From the NCBI GenBank assembly GCA_019359725.1, contig JAHHGR010000017.1, positions 633-64,632 on the forward strand: a DNA stretch of 64,000 nt. The letters are read 5' to 3'. The DNA is from Aphanocapsa lilacina HA4352-LM1 (GTDB lineage: Bacteria; Cyanobacteriota; Cyanobacteriia; Gloeobacterales; Gloeobacteraceae). Below, one piece after another: positions 8,086 to 19,532 of the stretch (its first letter is position 1; each line of letters starts with the position of its first letter). A program made the translations under genes and the position numbers. A model generated the notes under the pieces. The model did not search any database, was not told the DNA's origin, and saw nothing but the letters and a program-made list of their open reading frames with translations.

Positions 8086-9894
8086 CTAGCGGTTTGAGGA
8101 GATGTTGATCGATTCGTTGATGTTGCGGATGGTGCGCTGGCCTTCGCGTTCGAGGGCCACCTCGATCGTGCCGCCCGGGACGTTGATGTTTTTGCCGATC
8201 TGCACGGTCGCTTCGTAGAAACCGGGGGTGATTTCCTTCATGGTGATCGGGCCGGTATAACCCAGGATACGGAAGGTGGCCTTGCCGCCGCCGTCGCCTT
8301 CGAGCGAGACGGTGAGCACATCGCCGCTGTGGAGCACCCGGTTGGCCGGATCGACGCTCACCTGGCGGATGCGCAGGCGATTGGGACGCTGCACCGGGTC
8401 GAAGGGCGAAGGCGGACTGAACAAATCGCCGCTGCTGCGGCGGGTGATGATGGGCGGGTTGCCGTAGCCAGGGGTGCCGAAGGTACTGGAGCCGGGAGGG
8501 CGGGTGCCGTAGGGACTGGTACCAAAGCTGCCGCCCAGGCTGCCGGGACGGGTGCCGTAGGGACTGGTACCAAAGCTGCCGCCCAGGCTGCCGGGACGGG
8601 TGCCGTAGGGGTTCGGATTGCCGTAGCCGTAGCCGCCGCGGGTGCTGTAGCTGTCGAAACTGCCCGAGACACCCGCACTGTTGTTCGGGGGCGGGACGGC
8701 CGGGAAGCCGTCGTCGTCGTAGGCGGAGCGGGGGCTGCTGCTTGGGGCGGCGGCTGAACGCGAGCCGTAGCTGTTGTCGAAGCCGCCGGCCCGCCGCCCC
8801 GACTGCGAGGGCATCGGAGGCAGCTCGTCGTCGGGGTAGGTATCCCTCGGAGCCTGGGCGGTGCGGGTGTTGCCCACCTCCAGCTTGGCGATGCGCTGGG
8901 CCTGGGTGGCGAGGCCACCCCGGTCGAGGCGTACCGTTACCGTCGGGTTGATAATGGCGTCTTTGTCGGTGACTTTGTAAGTACCGGTGTATTCACCGGG
9001 GCTACTCTCCTGCATCGCCACGTCGGTTGCCAGATCCGCCAGATCGAACTTGGCCTGGGCGCCGGGGGTGCCCTTGGCCGTCACCGTCACCGCCTGGCCG
9101 GGGGTGACCTTGGCGTCCGGCTGCACCTGAATCGAGGCGATCGTCGGCCGCTCGATCTTGATCTGGGCGACCGGGGCCTCCACCGCCGCCAGCTTCTTCT
9201 GGTAGACGAGCGACTGGTGCATCAGCACCGCCACTTCGCCGCGGGTGAGGACATCGTCGGGGCCGAGCTTTTTGGCGTCGGGCACGTTGACCACCAATCC
9301 CGCCTGGGCGGCGGCGGCGATAAATTCGCGCCCCGCCTGCGGTACAGAAGCGGTGTCGCTGTACAGACCCAGCCAGCTTTCGACCGCCGGTTTAGAAGGT
9401 GCAGCCAGCTTGAGGGCGCGCCCGAAGATGGCGAGTGCCTCCAGGCGGGTGAGATCGCCCTGGGGCTTAAACAGACTGCCCGGATAGGTGGACATCACCC
9501 CGGCCTGCAGTAGCGCCTGGACGTTGAGATAATCGGGGCTATTTTTGGGCACATCTTTGATCGGTGTGTCCTTCTTCTTGGCGACGGGCCGGATTTCAAA
9601 AACGTTCGTAAGCCAACGGGCCAGCTCGATGCGGCTCATCGTCGCATCGAGGGATTCCCCCAGGATGATGAGATCGCTTTTGCTCTGCACCGCCTCGGCG
9701 TAAGGCTTCGTCCAGCGCACGTCCAGCTCGTCGCTCGCAGGGGCCGATGGGGCCGGAGCGAGGGAGGGCAACTCCGGCGGCGGGGCGCTGTCGGTTTTTG
9801 GGGAGGTCCCAGGAGGCTCCTGGGCAAGCGCCTGGGAGATGCTCCCGCACAACCCCAGCCACAAACCCACATGTACAACCCAGTTGCGTTTCAT
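8086..9894 (-). CDS. Secreted S-layer homology (SLH) domain protein with two Ig-like domains and a low-complexity linker
   Basis: Signal peptide; SLH motifs IKDVPKNSPDY...LTRLEAL and YSDTASVP...LTRGEVA; two similar beta-rich domains separated by a G/S/P/Y/R-rich region. Confidence 0.8.
   Translation of the reverse strand: MKRNWVVHVGLWLGLCGSISQALAQEPPGTSPKTDSAPPPELPSLAPAPSAPASDELDVRWTKPYAEAVQSKSDLIILGESLDATMSRIELARWLTNVFEIRPVAKKKDTPIKDVPKNSPDYLNVQALLQAGVMSTYPGSLFKPQGDLTRLEALAIFGRALKLAAPSKPAVESWLGLYSDTASVPQAGREFIAAAAQAGLVVNVPDAKKLGPDDVLTRGEVAVLMHQSLVYQKKLAAVEAPVAQIKIERPTIASIQVQPDAKVTPGQAVTVTAKGTPGAQAKFDLADLATDVAMQESSPGEYTGTYKVTDKDAIINPTVTVRLDRGGLATQAQRIAKLEVGNTRTAQAPRDTYPDDELPPMPSQSGRRAGGFDNSYGSRSAAAPSSSPRSAYDDDGFPAVPPPNNSAGVSGSFDSYSTRGGYGYGNPNPYGTRPGSLGGSFGTSPYGTRPGSLGGSFGTSPYGTRPPGSSTFGTPGYGNPPIITRRSSGDLFSPPSPFDPVQRPNRLRIRQVSVDPANRVLHSGDVLTVSLEGDGGGKATFRILGYTGPITMKEITPGFYEATVQIGKNINVPGGTIEVALEREGQRTIRNINESINISSNR
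8501..8610. repeat. 48-bp tandem repeat (2 full copies plus 14 bp) encoding GTRPGSLGGSFGTSPY
   Basis: CGGGTGCCGTAGGGACTGGTACCAAAGCTGCCGCCCAGGCTGCCGGGA at 8501 and 8549, with a partial copy at 8597. Confidence 0.95.
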
Positions 9895-10001
9895 GGCTTA
9901 CTATCCGTGCACTACCTGACTGATAGTGTAGCCAGACAAAAGTGCGGCGGTAGGGTTCCCGAAGGAACAAATCGGTTCATTGCAAGGCCGCCTGGATTGC
10001 T

Positions 10002-10577
10002 TTAGAAGTTTGTCCCGACGTTGAGGCGGGCAAAGCCCAGAAACTGGCCGCGCGGCGCGTCCCCGGCCGGATAGGCAACCACGTCGAACAGATAGGTGGC
10101 CTCGACCTGCGGGTTGGAGGCCATCCACTCGATATTGACGGTGCTGCCGGGGGCAACCGGCTCGTCAAAGGTGACCGCCAACTGCGACCCCTCGATGCGG
10201 GCCACAGAGGAGACGGCGTCGCCGTAGCGCAAACCGGTGCCGTCCCCGACGCGCACCCGCACCGGCGTCGTCCGGCTGGAGGTCATCTGCGCCACTGACA
10301 CATCGCCACTGCCGGGCACCGGCGCAATGGTGTCGCAGTTAAGGGGATTGGCAAGACCGATGACGACCCGTCCCAGGGCAGTATTGCTTTGCTGTGGAAC
10401 CTGGATGCGGACGTTGTAGGTACCACGGGTATTGAATCCGCGGTCGACCAGATCCTGGCCGACCAGACGCGGAATGTGGTCAAAGGCGGTCTCGCCGTCG
10501 GCAAACTGTATAGCACCGGCCGGAACGGCGACCAGCACCCCGAGGGCGGCGGCAGGAACAAGTGCGCGATACATCAT
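10002..10577 (-). CDS. DUF2808 domain secreted protein
   Basis: Signal peptide; GETAFDHIPRL, VTFDEPVAPGSTVNI, NPQVEATYLFDVVAYPAG...QFLGFARL. Confidence 0.8.
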   Translation of the reverse strand: MMYRALVPAAALGVLVAVPAGAIQFADGETAFDHIPRLVGQDLVDRGFNTRGTYNVRIQVPQQSNTALGRVVIGLANPLNCDTIAPVPGSGDVSVAQMTSSRTTPVRVRVGDGTGLRYGDAVSSVARIEGSQLAVTFDEPVAPGSTVNIEWMASNPQVEATYLFDVVAYPAGDAPRGQFLGFARLNVGTNF

Positions 10578-10868
10578 AGGAACGCTCCTTGAATCGGCTC
10601 GAAGTTGGCCCGCCCGGGAAGCTCGCCTCCGGCAGGACGAGCGCTATTTTCTTTACCTATTCTTAATCTTGATGGGAGTGCGGCGCCGCTGCTTCCCCCT
10701 AAAGAGAGATGGATCAGGTTCAACCCCACCCAAACCCAGAACGGCCTAGGGGAGGGAGCAGTTCGAGCATTTCAGCCCTGGGACAGAAGAATTGCATGCA
10801 TCGCGTGAGGCATCCTATGGTCAGGCTACCAATTAACAAAGCAACGACAAGCGTTTCGGAGATTATAT

Positions 10869-12116
10869 ATGTACGGACGGATTGCACTGATCTCTGTAAA
10901 TGGTGATCCCTCGGCGGTCATCGGCGCAGAGGAAGCAGGTGGACAGAATGTCTATGTTCGCGAAGTCGGCAAGCATCTGGCAAGCCTCGGTTATCAGATA
11001 GACATGTTCACGCGTCGCATCGATCCGTCGCAAGCCGAGGTGGTCGAAGAAGCCCCCAACTGCCGCACAATCCGCCTTGCGGCCGGGCCGCTGGAGTTTG
11101 TGAAGCGCGACAATTTGCACAGCTATATTCCCGATTTTGTCGACAGCTTGACGGCCTACGCCCGGCGCCACTCCTACGACGCGGTACATACCCACTACTG
11201 GCACTCGGGCATGGTGGGTCTGGCTTCGCGCGAGAAGCTGGGTATACCCGTGGTGCACACCTATCACTCTTTGGGCGCCATCAAGTATATGAACGTAGCG
11301 GAGATTCCCGCTTCGGCACAGTTGCGCCTGAGTGGCGAGCGCCGCATCCTCGAGCAGGCGGACCGTATCGTGGCCACCAGCCCCCAGGAAGCGGAGCATA
11401 TGCGCACCTATGTCTCGCGCAAGGGCTCGGTGGATATTATTCCCTGCGGCGTAGATGCCCGTCACTTCATGGGGACCGATCGGGCGGCGGCGCGCCGGGT
11501 GCTCGGCTGGGCCGAACAGGAGAAGGTGGTACTTTATGTGGGCCGCTTCGACAAGCGCAAGGGTATCGAGACCCTAGTGCGCGCAGTAGCACAGATTGAG
11601 GAGCCGGTGCGTCTGGTCATCGGCGGCGGCTATACGCCCGACCGCGGCGACGGTGTAGAGTTCGAGCGCATCCGGGGCATAGTCGAGGAGGTGGGTCTAA
11701 CCAGTCGGACCCAGTTCACGGGCCGGATCGATCAGGCGGATTTGCCCAATTTTTATACAGCGGCGGATGTGTGCGTGGTACCGAGCCACTACGAGCCGTT
11801 CGGCCTGGTGGCCATCGAAGCGATGGCCTGCGGAACGCCGGTGATCGCCAGTGCGGTGGGTGGCCTGTGCTACAGCGTCGTCAACGACGAGACGGGTTTG
11901 CTGGTACCGCCGCGCGATGCCGAAGGCTTTGCCGGGGCCATTCGCCGGGTGATCACCGACGCCGGGTTGCGCGAGCGATTCTCAGCCGCCGGTATTCGCC
12001 GCATCCACGACCATTTCACCTGGGCCGGGGTAAGCCGCCAACTGGGACGCCTCTACGCGAATCTGGCCGCCCGTCAGACTTCCCAGTGCCTGTCAAAGCA
12101 GCAGTCGGTGGCCTAG
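10869..12116 (+). CDS. sps: GT4 glycosyltransferase, single-domain sucrose-phosphate synthase type
   Basis: EAGGQNVYV, HTHYWHSG, HTYHSLG, YVGRFDKRKG, PSHYEPFGLVAIEAMACG; lies 3 bp upstream of an SPP gene. Confidence 0.75.
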   Translation: MYGRIALISVNGDPSAVIGAEEAGGQNVYVREVGKHLASLGYQIDMFTRRIDPSQAEVVEEAPNCRTIRLAAGPLEFVKRDNLHSYIPDFVDSLTAYARRHSYDAVHTHYWHSGMVGLASREKLGIPVVHTYHSLGAIKYMNVAEIPASAQLRLSGERRILEQADRIVATSPQEAEHMRTYVSRKGSVDIIPCGVDARHFMGTDRAAARRVLGWAEQEKVVLYVGRFDKRKGIETLVRAVAQIEEPVRLVIGGGYTPDRGDGVEFERIRGIVEEVGLTSRTQFTGRIDQADLPNFYTAADVCVVPSHYEPFGLVAIEAMACGTPVIASAVGGLCYSVVNDETGLLVPPRDAEGFAGAIRRVITDAGLRERFSAAGIRRIHDHFTWAGVSRQLGRLYANLAARQTSQCLSKQQSVA

Positions 12117-12119
12117 CCG

Positions 12120-12869
12120 ATGGCAAACTTGCCTTTTCTGTTCGTCAGCGATCTCGACGATACCCTGGTCGGTTCGCATCCTGAGGACCGCGAGGCGCTG
12201 CGGGCGCTCAACGCGATCCTCGCCGAGCCGAAGATCACCATGGTCTATGCCACCGGGCGCTCCCCGGCTTCGGCTTTGACCCTGATCGCCGAAGCTGAAT
12301 TGTTAATTCCTGATGCCCTGGTGACCAGTGTCGGGACGGCTATCTACTATTTTGAAGATCCCGATAGGCCGGATTATCAGTGGTGGGAGCATCTAAAAGA
12401 CGGGTGGCAAACGGAGGCCATCGAAGCTGTCGCCGGACTCTTCCCCGAACTGCGGCCCCAACCTGCAGCTGAGCAAGGCCCATTCAAGCGTAGTTACTTT
12501 CTTGATGCCATCCACAGCCACCGCATCGGTGAACTCGAAGAACAGCTACAAAAGGCACAATTGCAGACGCGCGTGGTTTACTCCAGCTTCCGCGATCTCG
12601 ATATTCTGCCTGCTAAGGGTACCAAGGGCTCGGCGGTGCGCTATCTGCAGGAGCGCTGGAATTTTGACAACCGAAGTACAGTGGTCTGCGGTGATTCCGG
12701 CAACGATCAAAGCCTCTTTGAGACCGGCAACCTGGGGATCGCCGTCGGCAACGCCCGCAGCGAATTGGTCGCGTGGATGGCGGGGCAACCGAAGCTACCT
12801 ATCTACGCTGCGAAGGCCCGCTGTGCTGAAGGCATTGCCGAAGGCTTGCGCCACTGGCAGCTCATCTGA
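12120..12869 (+). CDS. spp: Sucrose-phosphate phosphatase (HAD IIB)
   Basis: FVSDLDDTL, YATGRS, QGPFKRSYF, LDILPAKGTKGSA, VVCGDSGND. Confidence 0.85.
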   Translation: MANLPFLFVSDLDDTLVGSHPEDREALRALNAILAEPKITMVYATGRSPASALTLIAEAELLIPDALVTSVGTAIYYFEDPDRPDYQWWEHLKDGWQTEAIEAVAGLFPELRPQPAAEQGPFKRSYFLDAIHSHRIGELEEQLQKAQLQTRVVYSSFRDLDILPAKGTKGSAVRYLQERWNFDNRSTVVCGDSGNDQSLFETGNLGIAVGNARSELVAWMAGQPKLPIYAAKARCAEGIAEGLRHWQLI

Positions 12870-12890
12870 ACGGCGCGGCGCACCATCGAT

Positions 12891-13136
12891 TTATCTCACC
12901 ACGTATTTGCTCAGATCCAGACCCGCTTCTTTGGCTAAGGCCTGCAGGCTGCGGTGCTCAAGGGTCTTGATCGCTTTGGTCGAAAGCTTCAAGCGCACGA
13001 AGCAACCCTGCTGGTCATCCCAGATTCGTTTCCATTGCAGGTTGGCCATCTGCAGACGCTTGTTGCGGCGGTGGGAAAAAGAGACGCTGTAGGCGTTATT
13101 GGCTTTTTTGCCGGTGAGCATGCACTTGCGAGACAT
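12891..13136 (-). CDS. rpmB: 50S ribosomal protein L28
   Basis: [39 protein letters not shown]. Confidence 0.95.
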   Translation of the reverse strand: MSRKCMLTGKKANNAYSVSFSHRRNKRLQMANLQWKRIWDDQQGCFVRLKLSTKAIKTLEHRSLQALAKEAGLDLSKYVVR

Positions 13137-13257
13137 CGTCCGCACTCCGGATTTTGGACACAGTCGCCAATTATTACACACCTGCAGGGCTCGCCGCACG
13201 GGTGTCGTGGCCGGTGGGCTCAACGTTACAATAGATTGCTGACGCTGCCTGTCGTTC

Positions 13258-16200
13258 ATGCCGCTCACCGCCCTCGTCCAGAGTCTCAAGGGTTCTCCGT
13301 TTCTTGAGGAGATGGCCCAACGTCTCGGCAAAGCCCTGCCTGTCCGGCTGCAGGGTGGCAACCGGGTCGCCCGCGGCATTGCCGCCTCGGCCCTGGCCCG
13401 CCGCCAGGGCACGCCACTTCTGGTCATCACCGCCAATCTTGAGGAAGCGGCGCGCTGGAGCGCTCAGCTCGAAGCGATGGGCTGGGGTTCGGTGTACCTG
13501 TATCCGTCCTCAGAAGCGACCCCCTACGAGCCTTTTGATCCAGAAGAAGAAGTCACCTGGGGACAACTGCAGGTGCTCGCCGAGCTGACCGGACGCAGCA
13601 GCGCCCACTGGGCGATCGTCTGCACCAGCCGGGCGCTGCATCCCCACCTGCCGCCGCCGGAGTACCTGGCGGAATATTGCCTGTCGCTGGAGGCGGGTGC
13701 GGGTCTGTCGATTGAGAAGTTGACCGGCGAACTGGTCCGGCTGGGCTATCTGCGGGTGCCACAGGTCGAGGCGGAGGGCCAATTCTCCCGCCGCGGCGAT
13801 ATTCTGGACTTCTTTCCGGTTTCTGCCGAGATACCCGTGCGCGCCGAGTGGTTCGGCGCCGAGTTGGAGCGCCTGCGCGAATTTGACCCGGCCACCCAGC
13901 GCTCGCTCGATGCGGTGGAGCAGGTGGCGATTACCCCGGTGGGCTTCGGGCCGGTGGTGCTGCCGGAGCTGCAGTTGCGCCTCACCCCGGCGCGGGTGGC
14001 CGAGTTACCCGATAGCTGGCAGGAAGTCGTGCGCACCCAGATCCAACAGGGTCAGGCTCCCGAGGGGCTGCGCCGCTGGCTGGGGCTGACGTTTGACCAA
14101 CCGGCCTCGCTGGTGGGCTATCTGCCGGACGCGCTGACTGTCTGTGTCGATGAACCCGAGCAGGTGCGCTCCGCCGAGCACCGCTGGTGCGAGCAGGCCG
14201 AGGAGCAGTGGTGCCACCAGCCGGTGGGACCGGGGCCGCTACACACCGATTTTGCGGCGATCGAAGCGTCCCTCGGGCGCTACGCGCGCATCGAGATGCG
14301 CGAACTGGCCACCGAGGGCGAGGCGTTCGGTCTGGGCGGCCGGCCGCTGCCGAGTGTGCCCCACCAGTTCGGCAACCTGGCGGAGCACCTGCGGCAGTAC
14401 CGCACCCAGGGGCTGCAAATCTGGATGCTCTCGGCCCAGCCGAGCCGGGCAGTGGCCCTGTTGGGCGATCACGACTGCCCCGCCCAGTTCATCCCCAACC
14501 CGCAGGATCTGCCCGCCATCGAAAAGGCGCGCTCCACCCGCACGCCCATTGCCCTCAAGTACTCGGGCCTTGCCGAGATGGAGGGGAGCATCCTTGCCAC
14601 CCTGCGCGTCGTGCTGGTGACCGATCGCGAATTTTTTGGGCAGCGGGTGCTCGCCACGCCCAACTTCGTGCGCAAGCGCCGCCGGGCCGCCTCCAAGCAA
14701 ATCGACCTCGACAAGCTCAACCCCGGCGATTTTGTTGTCCACCGCAACCATGGGATTGGTCGCTTCGCGAAGCTCGAAAAGCTGACCGTGAGCGGCTCGG
14801 CGCGCGAGTACCTGGTCATCGAGTACGCCGACGGCATCCTGCGGGTGGCGGCCGACCAGATGAATTCGCTCTCGCGCTATCGCTCCACTGGCGGGACGGT
14901 GCAGCTTTCGCGCATGGGGAGCAAGAGCTGGGAGAAGACCAAGCAAAAAGTCAAAAAAGCGATCCAGAAAATTGCCTTCGACCTGCTCGATCTCTATGCC
15001 CGCCGCGCCCAGGAAAGCCGCATTCCCTTTCCGCCCGACCAGCCCTGGCAGCGGGAGATGGAAGAGTCTTTTCCCTATCCGCTTACCCCGGATCAAGCCC
15101 GCGCCATCCAGGAAGTGAAAATCGACATGGAGTCAGAACGGCCCATGGACCGACTAGTCTGCGGCGATGTCGGCTTCGGCAAAACCGAGGTGGCGATCCG
15201 TGCCGCCTTCAAAGCCCTCACCTCAGGTGTCCAGTGCGCCGTGCTGGTCCCCACCACGGTGCTCGCCTCGCAGCACTACCACACATTTAAAGAGCGCTTC
15301 GCCCCCTACCCGATTTCGATCGGTCTGCTCAACCGCTTTCGCACCGCGAGCGAGAAAAAAGACCTGCTCGCCCGCCTCGCCACCGGCGAACTGGACTTGG
15401 TGATCGGCACCCACCAGCTGTTGGGTGCCGGGGTGCGCTTCCAGAATCTTGGGCTATTGATTATCGACGAGGAGCAGCGCTTCGGCGTCGCCCAAAAAGA
15501 AAAAATCAAGACCCTCAAGACCCAGGTGGACGTGCTCACCCTCACGGCCACTCCCATCCCCCGCACGCTCTATATGTCGCTTTCCGGGGTGCGCGAGATG
15601 AGCCTGATTACCACCCCACCCCCGAGCCGCCGCCCGATCAAGACCCACCTGGCTCCCTACGACCCCGAGCACGTGCGCACGGCGATCTTGCAGGAGTTGG
15701 GCCGGGGTGGCCAGATTTTTTATGTCTACAACCGCATCGAAGATATCCAGGATGTCGCCGCCCGTCTGCAGGCGATGATCCCCACCGCCCGCATCGGCGT
15801 CGGCCACGGCCAGATGGAGGAGGGCGAACTCGAATCGACGATGCTTGCGTTTAGCGGCGGCGAGTACGACATTCTGGTGTGCACGACGATCATCGAATCG
15901 GGCCTCGATATTCCCCGCGTCAACACGATTCTGGTCGAGAACGCTCACCAGTTCGGTCTTTCCCAACTCTACCAGTTGCGCGGCCGGGTGGGCCGCTCGG
16001 GGGTACAGGCCCACGCCTGGATGTTCTACAAGCAGGAGGACGGCCTCACCGACGAGGCGCGCAAGCGCCTGCGGGCCATTCAAGAATTTACGCAGCTGGG
16101 CTCGGGCTATCAACTCGCCATGCGCGACATGGAAATCCGCGGCGTCGGCAATTTGCTGGGTGCCGAGCAGTCGGGCCAGCTCAACGCCATCGGCTTCGAT

Positions 16201-16722
16201 CTGTACATGGAACTGCTGGAAGAGGCGATTCAGGAAATCCGCGGCCGCAAACTGCCCAAGGTCGAAGACACCCAGATCGACCTGCGCGTCACCGCCTTTA
16301 TCCCGGCCGACTACATCCCGGATCTCGAACAGAAGATGCGCGCCTACCGCCAGGTGGCTGCCGCCCCCGACCGCACCCAACTGCAGGCCGCCGCCCTCGA
16401 GTGGACCGAGCGCTACGGTCCGGTCCCGCCTGCTGCCCAGCAGCTCCTGCGCGTCATGGAACTGAAGCAGGTGGCCCGCGCCCTGGGCTTTGCCCGCATC
16501 CGCCCCGAAGGCACCAACATTGTGCTGGAGACCCCCATGGAGGCCCCCGCCTGGGAGCAGATCCACCAGGCGCTGCCGGCGGAGGTGCGCGGACGCTTTT
16601 TCTTCCAGCCCGGCAAAGTCACCGTGCGCAACCTGGGCACCCTCCCCAGCGCCCAGCAACTCGAAAATCTGGTGCAGTGGCTCGACAAGGTACAGTTGCC
16701 GTCGCTGGAGATGGCGGGATAA
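13258..16722 (+). CDS. mfd: Transcription-repair coupling factor
   Basis: UvrB-like N-terminus, CarD/RID domain, [34 protein letters not shown]-terminus. Confidence 0.97.
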   Translation: MPLTALVQSLKGSPFLEEMAQRLGKALPVRLQGGNRVARGIAASALARRQGTPLLVITANLEEAARWSAQLEAMGWGSVYLYPSSEATPYEPFDPEEEVTWGQLQVLAELTGRSSAHWAIVCTSRALHPHLPPPEYLAEYCLSLEAGAGLSIEKLTGELVRLGYLRVPQVEAEGQFSRRGDILDFFPVSAEIPVRAEWFGAELERLREFDPATQRSLDAVEQVAITPVGFGPVVLPELQLRLTPARVAELPDSWQEVVRTQIQQGQAPEGLRRWLGLTFDQPASLVGYLPDALTVCVDEPEQVRSAEHRWCEQAEEQWCHQPVGPGPLHTDFAAIEASLGRYARIEMRELATEGEAFGLGGRPLPSVPHQFGNLAEHLRQYRTQGLQIWMLSAQPSRAVALLGDHDCPAQFIPNPQDLPAIEKARSTRTPIALKYSGLAEMEGSILATLRVVLVTDREFFGQRVLATPNFVRKRRRAASKQIDLDKLNPGDFVVHRNHGIGRFAKLEKLTVSGSAREYLVIEYADGILRVAADQMNSLSRYRSTGGTVQLSRMGSKSWEKTKQKVKKAIQKIAFDLLDLYARRAQESRIPFPPDQPWQREMEESFPYPLTPDQARAIQEVKIDMESERPMDRLVCGDVGFGKTEVAIRAAFKALTSGVQCAVLVPTTVLASQHYHTFKERFAPYPISIGLLNRFRTASEKKDLLARLATGELDLVIGTHQLLGAGVRFQNLGLLIIDEEQRFGVAQKEKIKTLKTQVDVLTLTATPIPRTLYMSLSGVREMSLITTPPPSRRPIKTHLAPYDPEHVRTAILQELGRGGQIFYVYNRIEDIQDVAARLQAMIPTARIGVGHGQMEEGELESTMLAFSGGEYDILVCTTIIESGLDIPRVNTILVENAHQFGLSQLYQLRGRVGRSGVQAHAWMFYKQEDGLTDEARKRLRAIQEFTQLGSGYQLAMRDMEIRGVGNLLGAEQSGQLNAIGFDLYMELLEEAIQEIRGRKLPKVEDTQIDLRVTAFIPADYIPDLEQKMRAYRQVAAAPDRTQLQAAALEWTERYGPVPPAAQQLLRVMELKQVARALGFARIRPEGTNIVLETPMEAPAWEQIHQALPAEVRGRFFFQPGKVTVRNLGTLPSAQQLENLVQWLDKVQLPSLEMAG

Positions 16723-16737
16723 TCTCGCCTGAGGGGC

Positions 16738-17268
16738 TCAGTAGGCGTCCTGCAACTCGTAAAAATCGGGCGTGACGTAATCTTTGCGCATCGGCCAGCC
16801 TACCCAGTCCTCCGGCATCAGGATACGGATGAGGTTGGGATGGCCTTCGTAGATGATTCCGTACATGTCGAATGACTCGCGCTCCTGCCAGTCCGCCGTC
16901 TTCCAGATCCAGTAGAGAGAAGGGACGCGCGGATTATCGCGGGGCAGAAAGACTTTAATGCGCACTTCCTGCGGCCGATCGGCACTGTCGCTCAGTTTGG
17001 TGAGGTGGTACATGCTCCCGAGTGGAGCACCGGGGCCTTCGTCGAAGCCGCACTGGCAGGCCAGATAGTTGAAGCCGTCGTCGTAGAGAGCCCTGGCTAC
17101 TGCAACCAGGTGCTCGGGCTCCACTTTGATAATCTCGATTTTGCGGTTGTCGAGACCCGTCAATTCGTGGGGCAAGCCGCGCGCCTTGAGCGCGTCGGAA
17201 ACAGGGCCGGTGACAAGCTCGATGGCAATCTGCTCTTCGGCCGCGGATTGGGTGGTTTGCTCTTCCAT
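16738..17268 (-). CDS. ndhJ: NDH-1 subunit J
   Basis: [51 protein letters not shown]. Confidence 0.95.
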   Translation of the reverse strand: MEEQTTQSAAEEQIAIELVTGPVSDALKARGLPHELTGLDNRKIEIIKVEPEHLVAVARALYDDGFNYLACQCGFDEGPGAPLGSMYHLTKLSDSADRPQEVRIKVFLPRDNPRVPSLYWIWKTADWQERESFDMYGIIYEGHPNLIRILMPEDWVGWPMRKDYVTPDFYELQDAY

Positions 17269-17271
17269 CGG

Positions 17272-17970
17272 TCAGGCCTGTTCGTTTTGCTTGACGACTG
17301 CGGGCAGCACCAGGGGCATCTCCAGGGCCGCCGCCAGCTCCGGTGGGGGCGCCTGGCGGGTCGGGCTTTCGAGATACTTGCTCGAGAGCGACTCCGGGAC
17401 CGCTTTGAGCGTGTGGGCGGTGGAGTAGTAGCGGTGGGTCTGGCGGATTTGCTCGTAGCGGTCGCGCAGATCCTCGGTGGCCATTTTCTTGCGCAACTTG
17501 ACGATCGCATCGAAGATCGCCTCGGGCCTGGGCGGGCAACCCGGGATGTACACGTCCACCGGTACGAGCTTGTCGACACCCCGCACGGTGGTGTAGGAGT
17601 CGGTGGAGAACATGCCGCCGGTGATCGTGCAGGCTCCCATGGCGATCACGTACTTGGGCTCGGGCATCTGTTCGTAGAGTGTCACCAGTGCTGGGGCCAT
17701 CTTCATGGTGACCGTACCGGCGGTGATGATTAGGTCCGCCTGGCGCGGTGAGGCCCGAGGCACCAGCCCAAAGCGGTCGAAGTCGAAGCGCGAGCCGATG
17801 AGCCCGGCAAATTCGATAAAGCAGCAACTTGTGCCGTACATCAAAGGCCAGACGCTCGAAAGCCGCGCCCAGTTGTACAGATCGTTGAGCGTCGTGAGCA
17901 CCACGTTGTTGGTCAGTTCGCTCGTGACTTCCGGGCGCTCGATCGGGTTGAGCAGATTCTTGGTGTCCAT
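17272..17970 (-). CDS. ndhK: NDH-1 subunit K
   Basis: [47 protein letters not shown]. Confidence 0.96.
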   Translation of the reverse strand: MDTKNLLNPIERPEVTSELTNNVVLTTLNDLYNWARLSSVWPLMYGTSCCFIEFAGLIGSRFDFDRFGLVPRASPRQADLIITAGTVTMKMAPALVTLYEQMPEPKYVIAMGACTITGGMFSTDSYTTVRGVDKLVPVDVYIPGCPPRPEAIFDAIVKLRKKMATEDLRDRYEQIRQTHRYYSTAHTLKAVPESLSSKYLESPTRQAPPPELAAALEMPLVLPAVVKQNEQA

Positions 17971-18026
17971 GGCATCTCAGGGCTTGTGCCCGTGCGGGGT
18001 GGGTGCAGAGATACAGTCGGGTCGAA

Positions 18027-18389
18027 TCAGGTCCACTCGAGGGCGCCCTTGCGCCAGGCGTAGACCAGGGCGACCACCAGAATAGCGATAAAAATCAGTG
18101 CTTCGATAAACGCGAGCAGTCCCAGCTGGTTGAACGCCGCGGCCCAGGGATAGAGAAACACCGTCTCCACGTCGAAGACGACAAAAACCAGGGCGAACAT
18201 GTAATAGCGGATGTTGAACTGGATCCAGCTGTCGCCGCGCGGATCGACCCCTGATTCATAGGTGGTGGTGCGGAAGGCGCCCGAACCTTTAGGGCGAAGG
18301 AGAGAGGAGATGGTGAGGGCCAGTACCGGGACCAGGGCGCTTAACATCAAAAAGATGAGCAGGGCGTCGTAACCGGAAAGAACAAACAC
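18027..18389 (-). CDS. ndhC: NDH-1 subunit 3
   Basis: GTG start, 120 aa; [46 protein letters not shown]. Confidence 0.95.
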   Translation of the reverse strand: MFVLSGYDALLIFLMLSALVPVLALTISSLLRPKGSGAFRTTTYESGVDPRGDSWIQFNIRYYMFALVFVVFDVETVFLYPWAAAFNQLGLLAFIEALIFIAILVVALVYAWRKGALEWT

Positions 18390-18585
18390 TGCGTTTTGTG
18401 AAGTAATGGTTGTAGCCTTCAGTGTAACGCAGCTTGCGGGCGAGGCCCGAGCGGGCCTCGCCTTGACAGGCCTGCGAGCGCGTGGGTTACGATTGGCGAA
18501 GCGTTCGGGCGTCGCCAAGCGGTAAGGCACCTGGTTTTGGTCCAGGCACTCGGTGGTTCGAATCCATCCGCCCGAGGATAGTGGT

Positions 18586-19140
18586 TCAAAATTGATCGAT
18601 CGCCCGCCCCACCACCTTCAGGTCCAGGGCATAGCCGTTGGCGACCAGGTAAGCGGCGTCGGCCTCGCGGGCCACATTGCGGTTGAGTGCACCGAGCAAG
18701 TCTCGGAAACACCGACCCAGGGGAGAGGCGGGGATCACACCCCACCCGACCTCCTCGCTCACGGCGATCACCCGTGCCGCACACCGGTGCAGCTGGCCGG
18801 GCAAAGCCGCCACCGCCCGGGCGAGTGATTCCTCCTCAAAATCTGTCAGCAGCCTCGCACCCAGCCAGCCCCCGAGCGAATCGATCAGCAAGCATTCGTC
18901 CGCTTCGGCTTCTGCGAGCACCGCTTCGAGGGCCGGGCCACCGGGCACACCGGTCTCAACCAGACCCCAGCAGGAGGGACGGCGCTCGCGGTGGCGCGCG
19001 AGGCGCACCTGCCAGTCTGCATCATCAGGGGCACTCCAGCCTGTGGCAACGTAAGTAACCTGGGTAGCGCGCGCCGCCAGTTGCTCAGCCAGTTGGCTCT
19101 TGCCGCTGCGGGCGCCGCCGCTTACCAGGGTCAGTTTCAT
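18586..19140 (-). CDS. cobU: Adenosylcobinamide kinase / adenosylcobinamide-phosphate guanylyltransferase
   Basis: [47 protein letters not shown]. Confidence 0.92.
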   Translation of the reverse strand: MKLTLVSGGARSGKSQLAEQLAARATQVTYVATGWSAPDDADWQVRLARHRERRPSCWGLVETGVPGGPALEAVLAEAEADECLLIDSLGGWLGARLLTDFEEESLARAVAALPGQLHRCAARVIAVSEEVGWGVIPASPLGRCFRDLLGALNRNVAREADAAYLVANGYALDLKVVGRAIDQF

Positions 19141-19250
19141 GTCCGCTCCTTTCAATTGCTCAGCCAGTGGATATATTTGGTATTGCCAACGCCACTACCG
19201 GCAGGCAGAATGAGTAATTGAGTATTTTTGCGCATCCATCCGAATATTTT

Positions 19251-19532
19251 ATGAGCACTGAGACCCTTGAGAAAAAAAGTGTACAGCGCAAACCCATGCC
19301 GCTGTACAAGGTTCTGCTCCACAACGACGATCACACGCCGATGAACTACGTGATCGAGGTGCTGATGAAGACCATTCCAAAAATGCAGCCTTCCAAGGCG
19401 TGCAAGATCATGCTCGAAGCCCACAACAGCGGGGTGGCTGTGGTGATTGTCTGTGCCCTTGAACACGCCGAATTTTATAGCGAAAGCCTCAACCGCCACA
19501 ACTTGACCAGCACCTACGAACCTGACTGCTAA
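19251..19532 (+). CDS. clpS: ATP-dependent Clp protease adaptor
   Basis: YKVLLHNDDHTPMNYV, IMLEAHNSGVAVV. Confidence 0.93.
   Translation: MSTETLEKKSVQRKPMPLYKVLLHNDDHTPMNYVIEVLMKTIPKMQPSKACKIMLEAHNSGVAVVIVCALEHAEFYSESLNRHNLTSTYEPDC

Noticed and set aside
8276-8918. Repeat-rich alternative-frame ORFs, or a CRISPR-like array at 8501-8610
   Set aside because: The repeats are contiguous with no spacers, in frame within the SLH gene, and no cas genes are present.
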